Positions 59,517 to 64,000 of a DNA stretch of 64,000 nt are shown in pieces. The translations under genes and the position numbers were made by a program. Each line of letters starts with the position of its first letter. The first letter of the stretch is position 1. Origin of the DNA: Candidatus Woodwardiibium gallinarum (GTDB lineage Bacteria > Bacillota > Clostridia > Oscillospirales > CAG-382); NCBI GenBank assembly GCA_904419545.1, contig CAJFRY010000004.1, positions 9,435-73,434 on the forward strand. Direction: 5' to 3'. The notes below the pieces were generated by a model, which was not told the DNA's origin, ran no database searches, and saw only the letters and a list, made by a program, of their open reading frames with translations.

Positions 59517-60369
59517 TAAGGAGAGAAAAAATAAAAAAGAAGAAATTGTTGAAAGCAAAAGAACCGTTCTTTCGGGTTTGGCGAATGGGGGACATTTTCG
59601 GAATGGCATGGAAGCGCGCAGACGAGTATATCAGGGAGTATGTGAAAAACATCGGGCCATTCCGGGCGCTTTGACGGTGCTCGGAATCAAGCGGCTGATG
59701 CCGGCCGTTCTTCGATAACCTTCAATGCCGTATAACAAAATCCAATTTTGATAGAAAACCCGTTGAAATTTCATTCCATGCAAGCACGAATTGGAAAAAC
59801 ATCCTGTTTTTATTTATTATAATATTTTCTGTATATAATGACAAGAAGAATTAAATTTCACAGATATGAAATTTATGTAAAAAGAAAACTGATGAAGATG
59901 CTCCTGCGCCGGTCATACGCCTTATTTTTTAACGGATTTCTGCATGTGTGCGTGGACCGCTCATCATGGAAGCGCAGCGAACGCAGGAAATGTAGGAGGG
60001 CAGAATACGTTGATCCTCATCAAATTTTATAAAACGGCAGGACGGATAGCTTTCGGCTGCTCTTTTGCGCTTACGCCCGACGCTTGAGAAAAAGCGGCGA
60101 AGGGTTTTCCGGTTTTGTATATGGATTTATGCCCTGCACCGGTTTTGCCGGCGCCTTGGTAAGGGAGCTTCCGTTTTTTTGCAACACCGCAGCTTATTGG
60201 CGGTGCCTCCGATATACGAAGGGAGGTGGAGCCGGAGCGGTGTTAAAAGGACAGGTCGTTGACGTTGGCTTTATCCATTACGAGCGACGCCCGATTGACA
60301 AACGCCGATAGAATACGAAACGCTTTTCGCAATTGTATATGGATTATAGCGGCCTTGGCGCCGCCGACG

Positions 60370-61509
60370 TCATCCGCAGACAAATGGGGAGCGGCGGAGG
60401 GAGTTGCCGAACTGAGGCTTAGGCGCGGTGAGCGCGAGGAGCGCATCGGCCCGCACTTCGGCGGCGAAGGCGGCTTTGACTTCCGGACCTGCTTCGGCGG
60501 CGCGTGCGGGCTTGGTAACGACCGGCAGGGCCGGGCGCAGTGTGCGAAGCAGTTCCCTGCCGGCCGCATTCATCGCCAGCAGCAGGGTATAGGCGGGCTT
60601 TCGGTGGACGGCCTCACGGCGAATGTCCAGCAGGACGGCCAAGGCCGCGCGGCGCACGCGCGCATCGGTGAAGCCGGCCGCCCGGCAGCGGGCGACAAGC
60701 GATGCAAGGCTGTCCGCCTCGGCAGCGGCGCGGACCATCCGTCCGCCCAGACCGCCGCCCGTCCCGTAGAGCTGCGAAAGGTCGGTCTTTCCGCCGCGCA
60801 GGAGCAGCAGCAGCGCGCGGGAAAGCCGCTCGGTGTCACGCGGGAAGACGTCGCCGTCCAGTTCTCCGTATACGCGGCGGCTGCCCTCGGGCAGCGCGCG
60901 GAGGAACGCGTCCCGGCCCGCTTCGCGCAGCAGCGTGCGGAGCGACGAGGAGGATGCGCAGGCGCCGTCGCGTGCGACCGGCTCGGGCTTCAGCGGACTT
61001 TGCAGCCCGCGCAGGGCGTGCAGGTATTCTACGGCCAGAATGTTGTTGGGCTTTTGCAGCAGCGACGCGGCTTCCGCGCCCGCAAGACGGCTGACCGCCT
61101 TGGGGTAGGAGAGGTTTCTTTCGCGTTTGATGAGCGCGTCGAGCGTTTCGCGGAAGCCGGGCGCGCCGGTGACGGCGGCGGCGCGTTCCACCTGCGCGAA
61201 GTCGTCCTCCACGCCGAAGGCCAGCGCATCGGCGCCCAGCGCGTCGGCGACATACACGCCCGCGCGCGCAAAGTCCGCAGCGGACGCGCAGCAGTGCGGG
61301 AAGGGCAGCGAGAATACCGCGTCCATCCCGCATTCGACGGCGGCGCGCGCACGGACGTACTTGTCCGCGATGGCCGCTTCGCCGCGCTGTACCGCATCGC
61401 CGCTCATAATGCCGACGACGGCGTCGTATTTCGTTTTCAGCACCTCAAGCTGCTTTTTGTGTCCGAAGTGAAAGGGGTTGTATTCGCAGATGACGGCGGC
61501 GACGCGCAA
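60370..61509 (-). CDS. tmcAL: tRNA(Met) cytidine acetate ligase TmcAL (YlbM/UPF0348) -like nucleotidyltransferase
   Basis: VAAVICEYNPFHFGHKKQL is the HxGH-type motif of the YlbM family. The TTG start at 61509 has an AAGGAG SD 8 nt upstream. The longer ORF to 61659 is less likely. Confidence 0.7.
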   Translation of the reverse strand: MRVAAVICEYNPFHFGHKKQLEVLKTKYDAVVGIMSGDAVQRGEAAIADKYVRARAAVECGMDAVFSLPFPHCCASAADFARAGVYVADALGADALAFGVEDDFAQVERAAAVTGAPGFRETLDALIKRERNLSYPKAVSRLAGAEAASLLQKPNNILAVEYLHALRGLQSPLKPEPVARDGACASSSSLRTLLREAGRDAFLRALPEGSRRVYGELDGDVFPRDTERLSRALLLLLRGGKTDLSQLYGTGGGLGGRMVRAAAEADSLASLVARCRAAGFTDARVRRAALAVLLDIRREAVHRKPAYTLLLAMNAAGRELLRTLRPALPVVTKPARAAEAGPEVKAAFAAEVRADALLALTAPKPQFGNSLRRSPFVCG

Positions 61510-61682
61510 ACGGCAGCGCTCCTTTCGGCGGCAGAGCCTTTTCCGTGCGGAAAGGACTTGCATTTTTTCTTTTACAGTAGTATAATGTTTAACGGCAAAA
61601 AAGTCAAGGAAAAAAGGCGCCCGGGGTCGGTTTTGCCGGGCGCGGCGCATCAGGCGCAAAAGAAAGGATGTTTGTTTTTGTT

Positions 61683-62888
61683 ATGTATGTACTCGTAGTC
61701 AACGCGGGAAGCTCGTCGCTGAAGTATCAGCTTTTTGATATGGACAAGCACGAGGTCATCGCCAAGGGTATCTGTGAGCGGATCGGCATCGACGGCAAAA
61801 TCACCCACCACGCCGCCGGCAAGCCCGATTATACCGCCGAAATCCCTATGCCCACCCACGCGCAGGCGACGCAGGCGCTCATTGACAGTCTGCTGGACAA
61901 GGAGCACGGATGCCTGACCGATATGCACCAGATCGGCGCCATCGGCCACCGTATCGTCAACGGCGGCGAATGGCTGACCGAGCCGGTGCTCGTCAGCGAG
62001 CAGGTGCTTGCCGACCTGGAAAAGTGCCGCGACATCGCGCCGCTGCACACGGTCCCGCATCTGCTGGGCATCCGCGGCTGTATGGAGGTCCTGCCGACCA
62101 CCCCGCAGGTGCTGGTCATCGACACCGCCTTCCACCGCACGATGCCCGAGAAGGCGTACTTCTACCCGATTCCCTACGAGCTGTACAGAAAGTATAAAAT
62201 CCGCCGCTACGGCTTCCACGGCACATCGCACCGCTATGTGTCCGAGAAGGCCATCGAATACCTCGGCCGCGGTGCGGAAGGCACGAAGATCGTCACCTGC
62301 CACCTCGGGAACGGGTCCTCGATTTCCGCGGTCAAGGACGGCAAGGTCATTGACACGAGCATGGGATTCACGCCGCTGGAGGGGATCATCATGGGTTCGC
62401 GCTGCGGCAGCATTGACCCCGCCATCGTGCCGTTCATAATGGAGAAGGAGAACATCCCCGCTTCCGAGATGGGCAACTTTATGAACAAGCAGTGCGGCCT
62501 GCTGGGCGTTTCGGAGGTTTCCTCCGACCTGCGCGATGTGATGGCCGCCGTCCGCGCCGGCAACAAGCAGGCCAAGCTGGCGTATGATATCCTCTGCTAC
62601 GGGATCAAGAAATACATCGGCTCGTACGCTGCGGCGATGAATGGGCTGGACTGTGTCGTCTTTACCGCCGGTATCGGCGAGAATACGCCTGAGGTCCGCG
62701 CCGGCGCGCTGGAAGAGATGGATTATCTCGGCATCCGCATCGACCCTGAGAAGAACGCCAATGTCAAGAAGCTGCCCGCGCCCTGCGACATCTCGGCCGA
62801 CGGCAGCCGCGTGCGCGTATACGTCATCCCGACCAACGAGGAATTGGTCATCGCATCGGACACCGAGAAGCTCGTCTCCGCGCTTTAA
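61683..62888 (+). CDS. ackA: Acetate kinase
   Basis: VLVVNAGSSSLKYQLF, FHGTSHRYV and TCHLGNGSS...GIGENT motifs are present. Confidence 0.93.
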   Translation: MYVLVVNAGSSSLKYQLFDMDKHEVIAKGICERIGIDGKITHHAAGKPDYTAEIPMPTHAQATQALIDSLLDKEHGCLTDMHQIGAIGHRIVNGGEWLTEPVLVSEQVLADLEKCRDIAPLHTVPHLLGIRGCMEVLPTTPQVLVIDTAFHRTMPEKAYFYPIPYELYRKYKIRRYGFHGTSHRYVSEKAIEYLGRGAEGTKIVTCHLGNGSSISAVKDGKVIDTSMGFTPLEGIIMGSRCGSIDPAIVPFIMEKENIPASEMGNFMNKQCGLLGVSEVSSDLRDVMAAVRAGNKQAKLAYDILCYGIKKYIGSYAAAMNGLDCVVFTAGIGENTPEVRAGALEEMDYLGIRIDPEKNANVKKLPAPCDISADGSRVRVYVIPTNEELVIASDTEKLVSAL

Positions 62889-62894
62889 GACTGT

Positions 62895-63872
62895 GTGATG
62901 GACCGCTGTCTGCTCCCTTATGTCACCTTTTTGCAGGAGCATGACCCTGCGCCCTTCGCCGAGTATATCCTCGCGCGCGAGCTGATCGGGGACGAAACGG
63001 AGGCGGAGGACGCCTATGCGTGGGCAAAGCAGTTTGCATTGTATGACGACCTTGCCGGCGAGCAGCGGGAGGACGGCTCCTGGGGCGCGTACCTTTCGGC
63101 GGAGACGGCCACGAGCAAAAACTGCCGGTACAAGACCACCGCCCGTGCGCTTCAGCGCGCCCGCGACCTCGCGCTGCCCGCGGACGACCCCGCCGTCGTC
63201 CGCGCACGTGCGCTGCTGCACCGCTATCTGTCCGGCGAAACGCCGCTGCCCGACACGATGAGCCCCCGGAATTTCACACAGCGCGCCGGCATCCGCCGGC
63301 AGGCGCTGCTTGACCTCTCTTTTTATGAACCGGAGGACGAACAGGTGATGCGCTTCCGCAGTCTTTTGGCCGAACGGCTCGAATATGCGTGTGCGTCCGG
63401 CCGTTTCGACCGCGCGCGCTGGAAAGCCGCCGGAATCGAAGAGCCGCTGCGCATCGGGGAAGCCGACGAGAGCGTTCTGCCGATTTTAGCGTTTCCCGGC
63501 TGTATAGGGGAACGCCTGCAGCGCTGTCTGCTGGCGTATTTATGGGAAGAATGGCACTTTTACGGTATTGTTTGCTGTGGGGACCGGTATGCGCCGTCGG
63601 ACGGGGAATTCCATTTCTGGCTGCTGCTTCTGGAGCAGCTTCGGGACTTTTCGCTGTTCCCTGAATTTGCCGCTTCGCAGGTCTTGCCCGCGCTGCGGAT
63701 GCTCTGCGACCGGCTGATCGACCCGTGCGAGCGTGTAGAAATCAAAATCAACCGCTATCACGCGCAGTACGGACAGTACAGCGCTTCATGGCAGACTTAT
63801 GCGCGCAAACGCAACGACTTGCTGCTGCGGCTGCTGCGTACGCTGCGTTGCGCGCTGGTTTGCAGGGAATAG
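62895..63872 (+). CDS. Hypothetical protein, no recognised domain
   Basis: 325-aa ORF with coding-like composition directly after ackA. It starts at GTG 62895 or ATG 62898. Confidence 0.5.
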   Translation: MMDRCLLPYVTFLQEHDPAPFAEYILARELIGDETEAEDAYAWAKQFALYDDLAGEQREDGSWGAYLSAETATSKNCRYKTTARALQRARDLALPADDPAVVRARALLHRYLSGETPLPDTMSPRNFTQRAGIRRQALLDLSFYEPEDEQVMRFRSLLAERLEYACASGRFDRARWKAAGIEEPLRIGEADESVLPILAFPGCIGERLQRCLLAYLWEEWHFYGIVCCGDRYAPSDGEFHFWLLLLEQLRDFSLFPEFAASQVLPALRMLCDRLIDPCERVEIKINRYHAQYGQYSASWQTYARKRNDLLLRLLRTLRCALVCRE

Positions 63873-64000
63873 AAAGCTGAATTTGTGCCGTGGGGAGCAG
63901 GAATTGCGCTTCAAAATCACGGTGCGGAAATTTTTGCCGGTTGTGTTCCTGAAGCGGTATTTGAAAAAACAACCGTTTATGTTTTGCAAAGTTGAAAAGC

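Noticed and set aside
58548-59609. 353-aa ORF on the - strand in the pgk-upstream gene-free stretch.
   Set aside because: The translation is low-complexity and Arg/Ser/Pro-rich. There is no SD or recognisable motif, it runs through the 18-bp perfect palindrome, and its composition is unlike neighbouring genes.

Overview
This is a chromosomal replication-origin region of a high-GC Firmicute; gene content and order look Clostridia or Oscillospiraceae-like. The origin core is rpmH-rnpA-yidD-yidC-jag on the + strand, diverging from dnaA-dnaN-recF-remB-gyrB-gyrA on the - strand. The dnaA-dnaN spacer contains a recognisable oriC module: an AT-rich block, seven TAG-type trinucleotides (DnaA-trio-like), a short GC spacer and two abutting DnaA boxes. 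Housekeeping genes fill the flanks: rny (partial), ymdB, yajC, an M29 aminopeptidase, proS, ribF, secG, an RNase R-like gene, tpiA, pgk, tmcAL-like and ackA, plus one tRNA-Gln(CUG). Several things are not ordinary:
- Three strong DnaA-box arrays lie outside oriC. Two are near-identical direct repeats bracketing a low-GC cassette with one small gene.
- Two perfect parS sites sit in a 1.8 kb gene-free AT-rich stretch, and no parAB is in the window.
- Structured tandem 76-nt repeats and a partial gene duplication interrupt the usual rny-ymdB pair.
- Direct repeats of about 70 bp flank the secG to GNAT block.
- The RNase R-like protein appears to have lost its catalytic RNB residues.
- A GNAT pseudogene remnant lies inside the dnaA-dnaN spacer.
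- A low-GC orphan gene sits next to the tRNA.
- Several long gene-free stretches are packed with long perfect palindromes.

Many long ORFs in the track are antisense shadows of real genes, as expected for high-GC DNA, and are not called. All motif alignments were done by eye, and no database search was possible.
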